A stretch of DNA of 64,000 nt. Source: a virus. The translations under genes were made by a program, and so were the position numbers. The notes beneath the pieces were generated by a model that was not told the DNA's origin, did no database searches, and was given only the letters and a program-made list of their open reading frames with translations. Location: positions 1-64,000 of the IMG/VR virus record IMGVR_UViG_3300010403_000003. One strand, given 5' to 3'. This document shows positions 1-9,232 of the stretch, piece after piece. Position 1 is the stretch's first letter. Each line of letters opens with the position of its first letter.

Positions 1-848
1 GGCATTTCCCGGCTCAACGGGTCGTGCTGTCGCCACTGGCTCGACGTATTTTCGTCGCCGCGCTTCCATACCCCCCAATCGCCGACGTTTTCGAAGCTCA
101 TGCTGCCGTGATGCAGGGTACGAATCTTGCTCGTGATGTAGGTTTTGGCTCCCAATTCCCAGAGTCGCCGCGAGAAATTCCAGTCTTCCGACTCCTGCAC
201 CCGCTGCCATTTACCAGCGCCGTCTCGGTAGACACGCTCCTCGAAGTTAAACATCGCCTTGAGACAGCCGCTCGCATCCGTTTCGCGCCACAACGGGGAT
301 TCCATGTTGAACAGGCAAAGCGCGTGATTGTGGAGCAGGAACTTATCGGCATACCCGATATCAGCGGCGCAAAAGGTTTCCGGAAATTTCTCGAACTCGT
401 TCGGGCAAAATCGTCGCCACGGGTTCCAGCGATTATTCGGGCTCCCAACGCCGCACGAGGTTGCGCCGGAAAAGGCGTCCTTGATAGCCATGGGGACGCT
501 GATAAAATCAGCGTTATACTTGTCCATCTCGTCGTTCAGCACATCGAGCCAACGCTCATAGACCTGAATGCCGCTATGATCGCACTGATCACACTTTTCC
601 CCATGGCAATCACGGCAAATCTCTTGCTTCTCGACGACATGCATGTCCGCGTGAATTTGCGCATGCCGGTCACAGAGTCCGTCGGCGGCGGCATTCAGAG
701 CGGCAACCAGGCAAGCGTTGTAATTTGGTCCGCTCAGGCAGGATGGCAGAATAGACACCTTGTGCTTGCGCGACGACAAAAAAGCAGCATGGGCCGATGT
801 CCATGACACGCTTCCGGAACTCGGCACACCGAGCAAAATGCGATGCAT
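1..848 (-). CDS. GT-A fold glycosyltransferase-like protein (runs off window end; missing from ORF track)
   Basis: Manual translation from ATG 848: MHRILLGVPSSG...AQIHADMHV (DxD-like)...CRDCHGEKCDQC insert...QESEDWNFSRRLWELGAKTYITSKIRTLHHG. Open to position 1. Confidence 0.7.
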   Translation of the reverse strand, partial: MHRILLGVPSSGSVSWTSAHAAFLSSRKHKVSILPSCLSGPNYNACLVAALNAAADGLCDRHAQIHADMHVVEKQEICRDCHGEKCDQCDHSGIQVYERWLDVLNDEMDKYNADFISVPMAIKDAFSGATSCGVGSPNNRWNPWRRFCPNEFEKFPETFCAADIGYADKFLLHNHALCLFNMESPLWRETDASGCLKAMFNFEERVYRDGAGKWQRVQESEDWNFSRRLWELGAKTYITSKIRTLHHGSMSFENVGDWGVWKRGDENTSSQWRQHDPLSREM

Positions 849-858
849 GTCGGCCCCT

Positions 859-1365
859 TCACTGTGGATAGAGATTGGCCTGCTTTAGCGTACGAACAAC
901 GTCGCTAAAGTTCATGAACGTACTGCCCAGATTGCCGTTTGAATTCATGTTGACCGCGTTGGCGTTCGTTGCTGCGTTCCCATTCATGCCGACAAGAAGC
1001 CCGCTGCTCGCGGGGGACACAACAGGCGTCACATAGGTGCTTGAGAATCTAACGGTCTGCGTAGCGTCCGCATCAGCAGACGCGCCAACAGTCACACCCA
1101 AAGGAAGACCGTCGCCGGAGCTGGTAGAGACAATTGACGACCCGGCATTCCAATAAACGCCAACGCCATCCGCAATCGCCGACCCGCCCGATGTTGACTT
1201 TGGAAAACTGACGACCCCTTCAACGCACAATTCGCCAGCGACGTTGGCCGGGATATCACGCATCGCGACACCGACGCGAGATGTGGTAACGATGACATCG
1301 CCTTTGGATTTCGCCGTACCCGGCGTGTGGGAGATGACAAGCGTGCATTGCAGGACGGTGGCCAT
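859..1365 (-). CDS. DUF2190-like capsid cement/decoration protein
   Basis: HTPGTAKSKGDVIV..VGVAMRDIPANVAGELCVEGVVSFPK..GVGVYWNA pattern; GAGGA before ATG 1365; downstream of MCP. Confidence 0.75.
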   Translation of the reverse strand: MATVLQCTLVISHTPGTAKSKGDVIVTTSRVGVAMRDIPANVAGELCVEGVVSFPKSTSGGSAIADGVGVYWNAGSSIVSTSSGDGLPLGVTVGASADADATQTVRFSSTYVTPVVSPASSGLLVGMNGNAATNANAVNMNSNGNLGSTFMNFSDVVRTLKQANLYPQ

Positions 1366-1397
1366 TGCCGTTTCCTCTGAGATTCTGCTGGACGGCG

Positions 1398-1817
1398 TTA
1401 GGCCGCATTGCTCACGAGCTTGATCTGATGCCGCGGCCGGTCGGCATCGATGCCGGTGATACCGGAGATTTTGTCGTAGCGCCCCTGGGCCTCTTCCGGG
1501 GACCGTGCGGGAATGAGCAGGCTCAAATGCCCCGGAACCTGGACCGAATAACGGTCTTTGGTGTCCTTGCCCCAAAGGCGCTCGGCAGCCTCCTGCGTTC
1601 GCTGTTGCGGCGGCTTCGAAAGCTCGGCCTTCCACCGTTCGAATTCCTCTTCCCGGTCCTGCTCGCGCCGAAGCGGCATGGCGACGGGGCGCTCCACGGA
1701 GATCGTCCGCTGGAGGTTATTGACTGTGGCGGTGAGATCGGCGACTTGCTGCATGAGGGCCGCGACGTCGGGCGACACCACTGCTGACGGTTCCTTGGTC
1801 TTGTTCGGTTCGGCCAT
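1398..1817 (-). CDS. hypothetical head-associated protein
   Basis: ORF with GGAG before ATG 1817, directly after the capsid gene. Confidence 0.6.
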   Translation of the reverse strand: MAEPNKTKEPSAVVSPDVAALMQQVADLTATVNNLQRTISVERPVAMPLRREQDREEEFERWKAELSKPPQQRTQEAAERLWGKDTKDRYSVQVPGHLSLLIPARSPEEAQGRYDKISGITGIDADRPRHQIKLVSNAA

Positions 1818-1830
1818 TGCGAAAGGCTCC

Positions 1831-1875
1831 AAAAGAAAACCCCCAGCCCGGCCGGTAGATAAGCCGAACCGGGGG
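1831..1875 (-). terminator. Rho-independent terminator after major capsid gene
   Basis: Minus strand CCCCCGGTTCGGCT-loop-GGCCGGGCTGGGGG followed by TTTTCTTTT. Confidence 0.7.
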
Positions 1876-1891
1876 AGCGAAGGATGGTCTG

Positions 1892-3070
1892 TTACGGCAA
1901 CGAGGAAGAAACGTACCGCGGCTCAATGACGCCCACCACGTCGCGCGTCGAAATCTTGGTCCGCGCCCAGATGTCGCGGTCGAACTTCATCTGGTTGTTG
2001 TCGGCCGCCTGCGTGATTTCCTTGTCCCAGTTGTAGTAGCGCCGGAAAGCCCGCTTGAAGTCGCCAAAGAACCACTTCGTGGCCGATCCGGTACGAGCCT
2101 TGACGTAAGCATTGCTCATCACGTTGTAGCGCGGCCCGCCATAAAACCCGGTCTCCATGGGGTTCGCACCGATGGTGCGAATCGTGGTGGCCGACGCCGT
2201 GTTATCGACGTGCTGGACTTCGCTGGCTTGGAGGATGCGGTTCGCGGTTCGCTTGAGCGCGGAAGGAACGATGAGGCTCGCGGCCCGCAGCATGACCGGC
2301 TCGCCCGTATTCGGGTCCGTAATGGCGTCGAACAGCAACTCGGCCGTCTGGACCGACGTCCAATCGGTGAGACCATTGCCGCTCGCCAAGGCGTTGATAT
2401 AACTGCCGGACGTCAGATAGGTATTGGTCGCCACGCCGTTCCGCTTGTAGCTATTCACGACTCCGAAGACGACATCAAGGCCGCGCTTTTCGAGTTCGAG
2501 GCCGTAGCTATACCCGAGGTCTTTGGCCTCGTCCAGCACCTTGCCCGTCATGTCGAATTCGACGGCCTCGCGCGTCACGTTGGTGATGAGCCCCTTCTTG
2601 GTCGTCGGTGCAATATCGATGTATTCTTCGTTCGGCCCGGCCGTCGGGTAGAGTTCGCCCTCGCCAACCGCGCCAATTTTGTCGCCGACCTTGCCGACAC
2701 CGGGGATGCGCTCGCCGTAGGGGAACGGCGATTGCCGCGAATCGACGAGATTTGGAAAGATGAACTCAGGGGAAGCCATCGCCTCCTTGATCTCGGTGAA
2801 CATAATCTGGCCGGTGATGTTCGCGAACGCCGAGAGGTCGGTGGCGTCGGCCGCTTCCAAGAGTGGGATTGACCGACCGCTCTTGCGGTAGTTGCTCGTC
2901 ACGCGAATGAATTCCGCGCCGCCGGGAACGAGCGACTCGAAGAGACCTTGAAACGAGAAGTCCCGCGGCTTGATCGCGCCGGATTCGATCGCCTCAACGA
3001 GCCGGACCTGGCAACCCTGCGGGTCTTGTTCGAACTCACGCTGGAGTTGCGGGTATTTCAGAACGCCCAT
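1892..3070 (-). CDS. major capsid protein (HK97 fold, Mu gpT-like)
   Basis: 392 aa; VGEGELYP..KKGLITNVTREAVEFD..LIVPSALKRTA..KWFFGDFK..VGVIEPRYV; AGGAGAGG RBS; position in head module. Confidence 0.9.
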   Translation of the reverse strand: MGVLKYPQLQREFEQDPQGCQVRLVEAIESGAIKPRDFSFQGLFESLVPGGAEFIRVTSNYRKSGRSIPLLEAADATDLSAFANITGQIMFTEIKEAMASPEFIFPNLVDSRQSPFPYGERIPGVGKVGDKIGAVGEGELYPTAGPNEEYIDIAPTTKKGLITNVTREAVEFDMTGKVLDEAKDLGYSYGLELEKRGLDVVFGVVNSYKRNGVATNTYLTSGSYINALASGNGLTDWTSVQTAELLFDAITDPNTGEPVMLRAASLIVPSALKRTANRILQASEVQHVDNTASATTIRTIGANPMETGFYGGPRYNVMSNAYVKARTGSATKWFFGDFKRAFRRYYNWDKEITQAADNNQMKFDRDIWARTKISTRDVVGVIEPRYVSSSLP

Positions 3071-3126
3071 GGTCGTTTCCTCTCCTGAACCGTGAATTCG
3101 TGAAACGTCTCTCGGTGCGAAATCTC

Positions 3127-3867
3127 TTAACGGGCCTGGTAGGCCGCAAGTCGGTCGATGAGCATAAGTTGCGTCGTCGCCGTTCCGCCGGCCTTGACGC
3201 CCGCGCCGACCATCATTTCGGTCGCGTTCGTGTAGGTGAAACTGATCTTGATTGGGACGTTGCGGGCCGTCTGGGCGGCGTCATAAAGCGGGACCATGCC
3301 GCTGCCCGAATCGGCGAAGAACGCGGCCTCGGCAATCGTGGCGTTGATGGGGCGAATTTCAATGCGGAGCGTCTGGTAAGCCGCGCCGCCCGCCGTGAGC
3401 GTGCTCGTAAGGATCGTCTGCGTGGTGCCGATCGACACCATGCACTTCCAGACGGTACTGCCGTCAACCTTGAAGATCGCGGCCCCGCTGAAAGAAGTCT
3501 TCACGCCCGCGCCGTTATCGACCATGAAGTCGGCCGCGATGGCGTCCGAGAAGGCGAAGAACACATTGGCCGTATTGTTCGCCCCGGTGACGGCCTCGGT
3601 GTATTGCAGCTTGCATTCGCCTTCAATCGGCTTGTTCGCGGCGATGAGGAAGATTTCCTTCGTCGTCGCGAGATAAACTTCGTTGTTGTCGGTCGCGCCC
3701 GTGGTGAGCGTGATGACGCCGCCGGCCGCATCGCCTGCCGCCGCGGTGCCGTCGCCGACGAGCGTCCAAAGGTGCGGGGAGATGTACCAAAGGAAGTCGT
3801 CATCGAGGCCGAAGGTGTGCTTGCCGACATGGAAGGACTGCGGCAGTTGCAACGTGCTCATTCCCAT
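3127..3867 (-). CDS. putative head decoration/auxiliary protein
   Basis: 246-aa beta-rich ORF between the protease-scaffold and MCP genes. Confidence 0.6.
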   Translation of the reverse strand: MGMSTLQLPQSFHVGKHTFGLDDDFLWYISPHLWTLVGDGTAAAGDAAGGVITLTTGATDNNEVYLATTKEIFLIAANKPIEGECKLQYTEAVTGANNTANVFFAFSDAIAADFMVDNGAGVKTSFSGAAIFKVDGSTVWKCMVSIGTTQTILTSTLTAGGAAYQTLRIEIRPINATIAEAAFFADSGSGMVPLYDAAQTARNVPIKISFTYTNATEMMVGAGVKAGGTATTQLMLIDRLAAYQAR

Positions 3868-3930
3868 GATCGTTTCCCCTTACCCTGTCTCTGTTTCGGT
3901 GACTTCGATGCCGGTGATTTCGGGCGGCGT

Positions 3931-5106
3931 TTAGCCGAAGATGCGGGACAGGAATTCCTTGCTGTCCTTCGCGGGGCCGGTCGGCTGGCCCTTCGATTCG
4001 AGCAGCGACGCGGACGAGTTCGAACGGGGGCCTTTGGCGGGAGCGGTGGGGACCGGTTTGGTCGCGGCCTTCTCCTCGGTGATGAACGCCTTCCGCTCGG
4101 CTTCGGGCAGATTCATCAGCGCCGTGAACTTGACCGGCGACGGACGGTATTCGAGCGATTCGCAAAGCGTGCGAACGGCGTCCTTATCGCGGAGTTTCTT
4201 GACTTCGGCTTCGAGGGATTCCATCTTGTCCTCTTTCTTTGGCTCAGCAGCCTCGCCGCCTTCCGCCGCGTCCTCCGGAGGGGTTTCCGTCGGCGGGGCC
4301 GCGTCGCTGGCGTCGTCGAGGATCGCCAAAATCTGATTGATCTTTTTCTTCTTCTTGGCCGCGTCGATTGTGTCGTCGGACATGAACGCGGTCACGGCGC
4401 GGGCCAGGTGCGTCGCGGCGTCCTCGTCTTCGGGGGCCACGACCGGGGCCGCCGTCTCGGCTGGGGCATCGCCACCCGCGAAGCCGTCCATTTCGAGCAG
4501 CGGCTTGGCCGCGCGGGCACTGATGCCGAGTTCTTCAAGCGTTTCGAGAAAGGTTTTTCCCGGCATGTGCGTCTCCCGCGATTCGTAAAGCCCCCGCGTC
4601 GTGGCAGGGTCGCACACGATGTCGATGGAGCGAACTTTGTCGATGGATTCGATGATCTGTTTGCGGCCCTTCATGCGGCCGGTGCCGAAAGCGTTCTGAC
4701 TGAGGCCGAAGGCGGTTGGATGGTGCTCGGCCCAATCGGCGACGAGTTGAAAGTTGGGTGATTGCGGCGGGCCTTGTAAATCTCCGTAGACTCCGTCCGG
4801 CTCTACGGTACAATTCGAATAGACGCCCGCGAGATCGCGCAGGGACCGTTCCGCTTTTGCGTTCCGGTTGGCCGGATGGTCGATGTAGGCTTTGCGGCCT
4901 TCCATCAGTTTGGCCGCGCTCTCAAGCGCCGTGTCGCTGTACTCGGTGCCGTCGCAGTCCTTCCGGCCGTGCTTGTTTGGGGATGATCGGCCCAGCATCT
5001 TGACGCGGCGGATAACGCCGGTCGCGCGGTCAACCTCGTGCGTTTTGCCGTCGATGACTGCTTCGCAGAGTTCGATGCGCGTCAAAGTCTTTGACCGTGT
5101 GGCCAT
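3931..5106 (-). CDS. prohead maturation protease-scaffold fusion (T4 gp21-like serine protease)
   Basis: YIDHP (His), FGLSQNAFG (Ser), SIDIVCDPAT (Asp) motifs, then an acidic Ala/Pro-rich scaffold region. Confidence 0.8.
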   Translation of the reverse strand: MATRSKTLTRIELCEAVIDGKTHEVDRATGVIRRVKMLGRSSPNKHGRKDCDGTEYSDTALESAAKLMEGRKAYIDHPANRNAKAERSLRDLAGVYSNCTVEPDGVYGDLQGPPQSPNFQLVADWAEHHPTAFGLSQNAFGTGRMKGRKQIIESIDKVRSIDIVCDPATTRGLYESRETHMPGKTFLETLEELGISARAAKPLLEMDGFAGGDAPAETAAPVVAPEDEDAATHLARAVTAFMSDDTIDAAKKKKKINQILAILDDASDAAPPTETPPEDAAEGGEAAEPKKEDKMESLEAEVKKLRDKDAVRTLCESLEYRPSPVKFTALMNLPEAERKAFITEEKAATKPVPTAPAKGPRSNSSASLLESKGQPTGPAKDSKEFLSRIFG

Positions 5107-5142
5107 AAGCCGAGCATAAAAATTGCTTGGTTGTTGATTCAA
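5107..5142 (-). promoter_or_regulatory. putative leaderless late promoter
   Basis: TTGAAT CAACAACC N10 TATGCT N6 ATG. Confidence 0.6.
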
Positions 5143-5163
5143 ACGAAGGGGAGCGAAGGACTG

Positions 5164-5523
5164 ATGGCTACGCGACTCGATCATTTCCCGCACGTCTGGA
5201 TTCCGGTCCCGCCCGAAGTGGAGGCGTATGTCGATTCCGCGCGATTCACCTATCACACCAGCACGCCGGATTGCCAAATCACGATCACGATGAACCCGGC
5301 CTTCGACATTCGCTGGTGCGGCGAAATGCGAGCCACGGAACAAGAACTGAAAGAGGCTCAGGTCGGCGGTGTCTGGAAAGGCTCGCGCCCAAAGTATTGG
5401 GACGAGACAGAAGAATGTTGGCGATTTGACGAACCCGGCAAATATGTGCCGTTGGGGGCCGTAGTCGTTAGGACGTTAGCTCAAAAGATACAAGCGAGGG
5501 GAGTTTCATGGACGCCGATATAA
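5164..5523 (+). CDS. hypothetical protein
   Basis: First gene of a coupled plus-strand cassette. Confidence 0.6.
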   Translation: MATRLDHFPHVWIPVPPEVEAYVDSARFTYHTSTPDCQITITMNPAFDIRWCGEMRATEQELKEAQVGGVWKGSRPKYWDETEECWRFDEPGKYVPLGAVVVRTLAQKIQARGVSWTPI

Positions 5524-5774
5524 ACGCCGACGAGTCGCCCGAAGAATGCGACAATTGCGGATACCAAACGAAACTTGAACGCTACGAAGAGGCTACATGG
5601 CGCGACAAGAGAGGTGTTTTTTGGTTTTGCGAAATCTGCGCCAACACGCACTTAAGTAAAGCGGCCCAGTATCCGGCGCAATGCAGCGACGTGATGCTCT
5701 ACAAATCAATCGGCTGGATAGCCAACCGGCTTCTCGACGAAATTAGAACGCTGGCCCACGCGAAGGAGATTTGA
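5508..5774 (+). CDS. small zinc-finger protein
   Basis: CDNC...CEIC; GAGGGGAG RBS. Confidence 0.65.
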   Translation: MDADINADESPEECDNCGYQTKLERYEEATWRDKRGVFWFCEICANTHLSKAAQYPAQCSDVMLYKSIGWIANRLLDEIRTLAHAKEI

Positions 5775-6112
5775 TGGACGCCGACACGCAGCGAAAAATG
5801 GACGAAAAGTTCTTAAGAGACAAATTCATTCGGTCGATCCAGCCTGTTCGAAGTGCTCAAATGGCCGAGATGATTCCCAGTCATCTCGCGTCGCTGGCTG
5901 GGCACATTGCGGCGGCGCTCATTGCCAATCCGGCCACCTTGTTAGGTAATCAGAACTGGGACTTCACCCAAATGAACGGGCATACTGGGAAGTTGGCGAC
6001 CACAACCAGGATTCTTTGCGACGCCATCGCCGAAGAGATGGAGAAGTCGAAGCTATTCGCCCCCGCAGTCGTTTTTCATCCGCCCCAAGAAATGGATTCG
6101 CCGAGCAAATGA
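5774..6112 (+). CDS. hypothetical protein
   Basis: AAGGAG RBS, TGATG overlap. Confidence 0.6.
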   Translation: MDADTQRKMDEKFLRDKFIRSIQPVRSAQMAEMIPSHLASLAGHIAAALIANPATLLGNQNWDFTQMNGHTGKLATTTRILCDAIAEEMEKSKLFAPAVVFHPPQEMDSPSK

Positions 6113-6882
6113 CGGATCTGCTCCGGGAGATTCGCGACAAAGCCAAAGACATCCGAGATTGCATCGCGTACGTCAGGTCTCTTTCCGATGCCGATCTCAA
6201 GTGGATTTACGAGCGCATCGGCATCGACAAACCGCCGAAGACGAACGGGAAGTTGATTCCGTTTGGTTCGAAGAAGAAGCGACGGCTGCGCGCGGCGCGG
6301 GTGCCGATCGAGATTCACGCCGCCATCATGTCGAAGCTCTGGCCGAAGATTTACGGGGAGCGGTGGCCGGCGAAGAAGCCATTCAAAGCGCGAACGGCAG
6401 CCGAAGCTGTGGCGGTCTATGAGAAGCGGGCCGCGTCGGGACTGTCGCTGTGGCTGAATGGCCGAGATGACGTCGAGATCACCGACCGCAAGCGACTATT
6501 TCACCGGCAAGGGCATCAGTTCGCGAAGGCGGATTCGAACCGGAAAAAGAATGGCAAGTGGAAGGTGCCGCTTTCGAAGACCGCTCTAAGCCCGCCGCGG
6601 CATCTCAATATTGACGACGATTGCCAAGACGAGGATACGGTGAGGCGGTTTATGAGCGGGCATCAGGCTCCGAAAGAGACGTTCATGAGGTTTATCTCGG
6701 CTGGCACTATGCAGGGCGAAGAACGTCGTTGGAATAGTCGTGGAGAGGTTAACTTCGTTCCGTATATAAGCATCGAAAAGAGCCTCTCACAGAAGGCGGG
6801 ACGCAAAATAAACCCGCGAAAAAAGCGAATGACGGGGGCGGAGCTGGCGGAGAAACTGAAAGGGATGAGGGCGGTTAAATGA
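6109..6882 (+). CDS. basic hypothetical protein
   Basis: ATGA overlap; Lys/Arg-rich, 257 aa. Confidence 0.6.
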   Translation: MTDLLREIRDKAKDIRDCIAYVRSLSDADLKWIYERIGIDKPPKTNGKLIPFGSKKKRRLRAARVPIEIHAAIMSKLWPKIYGERWPAKKPFKARTAAEAVAVYEKRAASGLSLWLNGRDDVEITDRKRLFHRQGHQFAKADSNRKKNGKWKVPLSKTALSPPRHLNIDDDCQDEDTVRRFMSGHQAPKETFMRFISAGTMQGEERRWNSRGEVNFVPYISIEKSLSQKAGRKINPRKKRMTGAELAEKLKGMRAVK

Positions 6883-7478
6883 ACGAACACGAATGGGGCG
6901 GGCGACGAGTTCTAAGCCCAAATGAAGGCTATATCAGCTTTATGGAAATGCCTCGCGCGAATACCGGCGAATTGATCGGTGACGCAATTTATGTAAAAAC
7001 TTCTATGTTCCATGTGAAGATTCCGGCCGATGTCGGTATCTTTAACGTGACTTCGGAATGCGGCAGGTTCAAAGGCGAGATGCGGATTGAACAATGCGGC
7101 ACACATCGGGTGCTGACTCACCTCTTTATGTCGGCCCCGATAGAAGAAGCGGCGGAGGATGGCTGGAGAAAGCTATCGCCCGCAAACAATGACAGTTTCA
7201 TTCGCTTCGACGGGGTAGTTTGCAATTGGAATCCGCGAACTGGGCAATCGGAATCCACTGGCGTTCGTTGGCTTGGGGGCTTGCCTACCTGTGACTGGAG
7301 AAATGGATTAGAAGATTCCGAAATCTCGTTTCTGTACAGGGTCGCGCACGCCAGGGGCGATAAGGAACCAACCATCGAGGACGTGAAGGGCATGCGCAGG
7401 CTTGAGGCGAAACTGGATGAAATCATTGCCGAACAACAATGCGATCAGCCCGCCATCGTGAAAGGGAACGAAAAATGA
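6879..7478 (+). CDS. hypothetical protein
   Basis: ATGA overlap with upstream gene. Confidence 0.6.
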   Translation: MNEHEWGGRRVLSPNEGYISFMEMPRANTGELIGDAIYVKTSMFHVKIPADVGIFNVTSECGRFKGEMRIEQCGTHRVLTHLFMSAPIEEAAEDGWRKLSPANNDSFIRFDGVVCNWNPRTGQSESTGVRWLGGLPTCDWRNGLEDSEISFLYRVAHARGDKEPTIEDVKGMRRLEAKLDEIIAEQQCDQPAIVKGNEK

Positions 7479-7587
7479 TTCCGCGTGAGGATTGCTTTAA
7501 TCCGGTGTGGATAACCTGTGTCATCATCGAACCCGGCTGCCCGGTCGGCTGGATCGTCGCGGCGGTTTACCCGTGGAGGATGCCGTG

Positions 7588-7950
7588 ATGGACGGTGAAC
7601 CTGCCGATTACTTTGAATGGGCTCCAAGCGAAGAAACCGTAGCCCATATGGCCAAAGGCAATTGGCTTGAAAAGATGACGAAGGACATCAAAGAGGAATT
7701 CGCGAACGGTCGCCGCGAAATGAACGTCGGCCGTTATTTATTCGACGGGCTTTTTCCAGACAACATTGCCGCGTTAAAATGGGCTAAACAAAATGGTTTC
7801 TGCTTGTCAGGTCAGGAAGTTGTGGGACGCGATGTAATCGTTAAACCGACCCAAACGCAAGCACCCGTCTTAACGCCGCCGCCCGCTGATCGATCAATCC
7901 ACGAACCTCCCCAATCCGCTTCGTGCGCGTCTCCGGATGCTCCCGGCTGA
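7588..7950 (+). CDS. hypothetical protein; 3' end overlaps the minor head gene antisense
   Basis: GGAGG RBS before ATG 7588. Confidence 0.5.
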   Translation: MDGEPADYFEWAPSEETVAHMAKGNWLEKMTKDIKEEFANGRREMNVGRYLFDGLFPDNIAALKWAKQNGFCLSGQEVVGRDVIVKPTQTQAPVLTPPPADRSIHEPPQSASCASPDAPG

Positions 7951-9232
7951 GTGTTTGCAATGGCAAGAGTGAACCGGTGTCCGGATCAAGGAACGATTCC
8001 CACGGCGGATTGTCGCCGAGTTTCGTCTTGATTGTATCGTACCGGCGACCACCCACGGCGAGGCGGCGGCGGCGCTCGTCGGCGGTGGCATACCAATCCC
8101 TATAAGAAACCGGATCGGGAGCGACTTCGCTTTGAGCGTTTCGAAAAACGGCGGTCAACGCCGGGTCGTTTTCGATGTAGTCGGCTGGAAAAAGCACCGG
8201 AGTTCGGTAACAGCGACACCCCCAAGCCATTATGCTTCCATCGCGAGGCGACTCCAATGGTGGGGCCGGACACTCATCCATACCCTTTTGGCCCGGTTTT
8301 GGGTCCAAGTAATAGATTTGGCCATTCCTGGCGGCGTGTGCGGGCCTAGTGTTTTCATCTAATACGCTGTGGATTTGCCATCCTTGAATCATGTCGCCTA
8401 AGCCGAGATGCGCCTCATGATTCGCTTCGTTGAACACTCTCAAGCTTTCGCTTCTCGCAATCCGCCGCGCAGTCGAACGCACCCCGTCAACCACCGGGAC
8501 CAAGTCCCGAGCAATCTGCGACGTCATCTTCCCTTGCGCCACGCCCTGCCCGACGATCTGCGCCAATTGCTGCGGCGTCGCCGAAGTCCGCGTGGCCCCC
8601 TCCAGCCGTTGCTCCCACGTCACCCCGGCCACGGGTGCGTAAACGATGCGGTTAACTTGCTCCTGCGACGGCGGCGGGAAGAGGAACCCGGCGAACGCCT
8701 CGCGCTTCTCTGCGGCGGACAATTCATCTTCGGTCGGTTCCGGTGCCGTGTATTCGGGCCGCACGCCGAAGCGAAAAGCCGGCTCGCCAGGCGATGTCAG
8801 TCCGAGCGCCCGCAAGACGATTTCGACGATGCCGGGTTTTTGCGGGCCGCTCGGCAAGACGCTGGGCCAGGTGTCGTCTTCGAGGAGCAGCGATTCTTGG
8901 GCCGGGGCGATACGCTGCAAGGCGGCGGCGCGGAGGTAATTCGTCGGGAGAATGCCGAGCGTTTCGAGGGCCGCACGATGACCGTGGCGCGTCATGCGGT
9001 CGAGCGAATGGGCGATGGATTGCTTAGCGACGGGAAGGATACCGGCGAGGGCCGTCTGGGCGTATTGCTGGGCACGGAAAGGAGATTGCTCCGAAATAGC
9101 GGCCATGAGGCGACGCCACTGGCTAATGATCTGGCGATCCACGGTGTTGGCGGCGCGGTCAGCCATCAGGACCGCGTCTATCTGGCGAGCCGTGGCGCGG
9201 GCGGCAATGCGGGAGGAAAGATGATTGCTCAA
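7841..9232 (-). CDS. minor head protein (SPP1 gp7/Mu gpF family)
   Basis: ARRIARSESLRVFN..WQIHSVLDENTRPAHAARNGQIY..PP..WGCRC; follows the portal gene. Confidence 0.85.
   Translation of the reverse strand: MSNHLSSRIAARATARQIDAVLMADRAANTVDRQIISQWRRLMAAISEQSPFRAQQYAQTALAGILPVAKQSIAHSLDRMTRHGHRAALETLGILPTNYLRAAALQRIAPAQESLLLEDDTWPSVLPSGPQKPGIVEIVLRALGLTSPGEPAFRFGVRPEYTAPEPTEDELSAAEKREAFAGFLFPPPSQEQVNRIVYAPVAGVTWEQRLEGATRTSATPQQLAQIVGQGVAQGKMTSQIARDLVPVVDGVRSTARRIARSESLRVFNEANHEAHLGLGDMIQGWQIHSVLDENTRPAHAARNGQIYYLDPKPGQKGMDECPAPPLESPRDGSIMAWGCRCYRTPVLFPADYIENDPALTAVFRNAQSEVAPDPVSYRDWYATADERRRRLAVGGRRYDTIKTKLGDNPPWESFLDPDTGSLLPLQTLSREHPETRTKRIGEVRGLIDQRAAALRRVLAFGSV

Noticed and set aside
3100-4761. 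Long plus-strand ORFs (also 24-806, 16528-17439, 39661-40668, 49775-50995) and minus-strand 36292-37383
   Set aside because: Antisense shadows of well-supported genes in GC-rich DNA
1872-5160. 13-bp direct repeat GGGGAGCGAAGGA (1872-1884, 5148-5160) flanking the protease-to-MCP unit
   Set aside because: Both copies are intergenic, but 13-mer matches are expected by chance in 64 kb and I noticed no third copy
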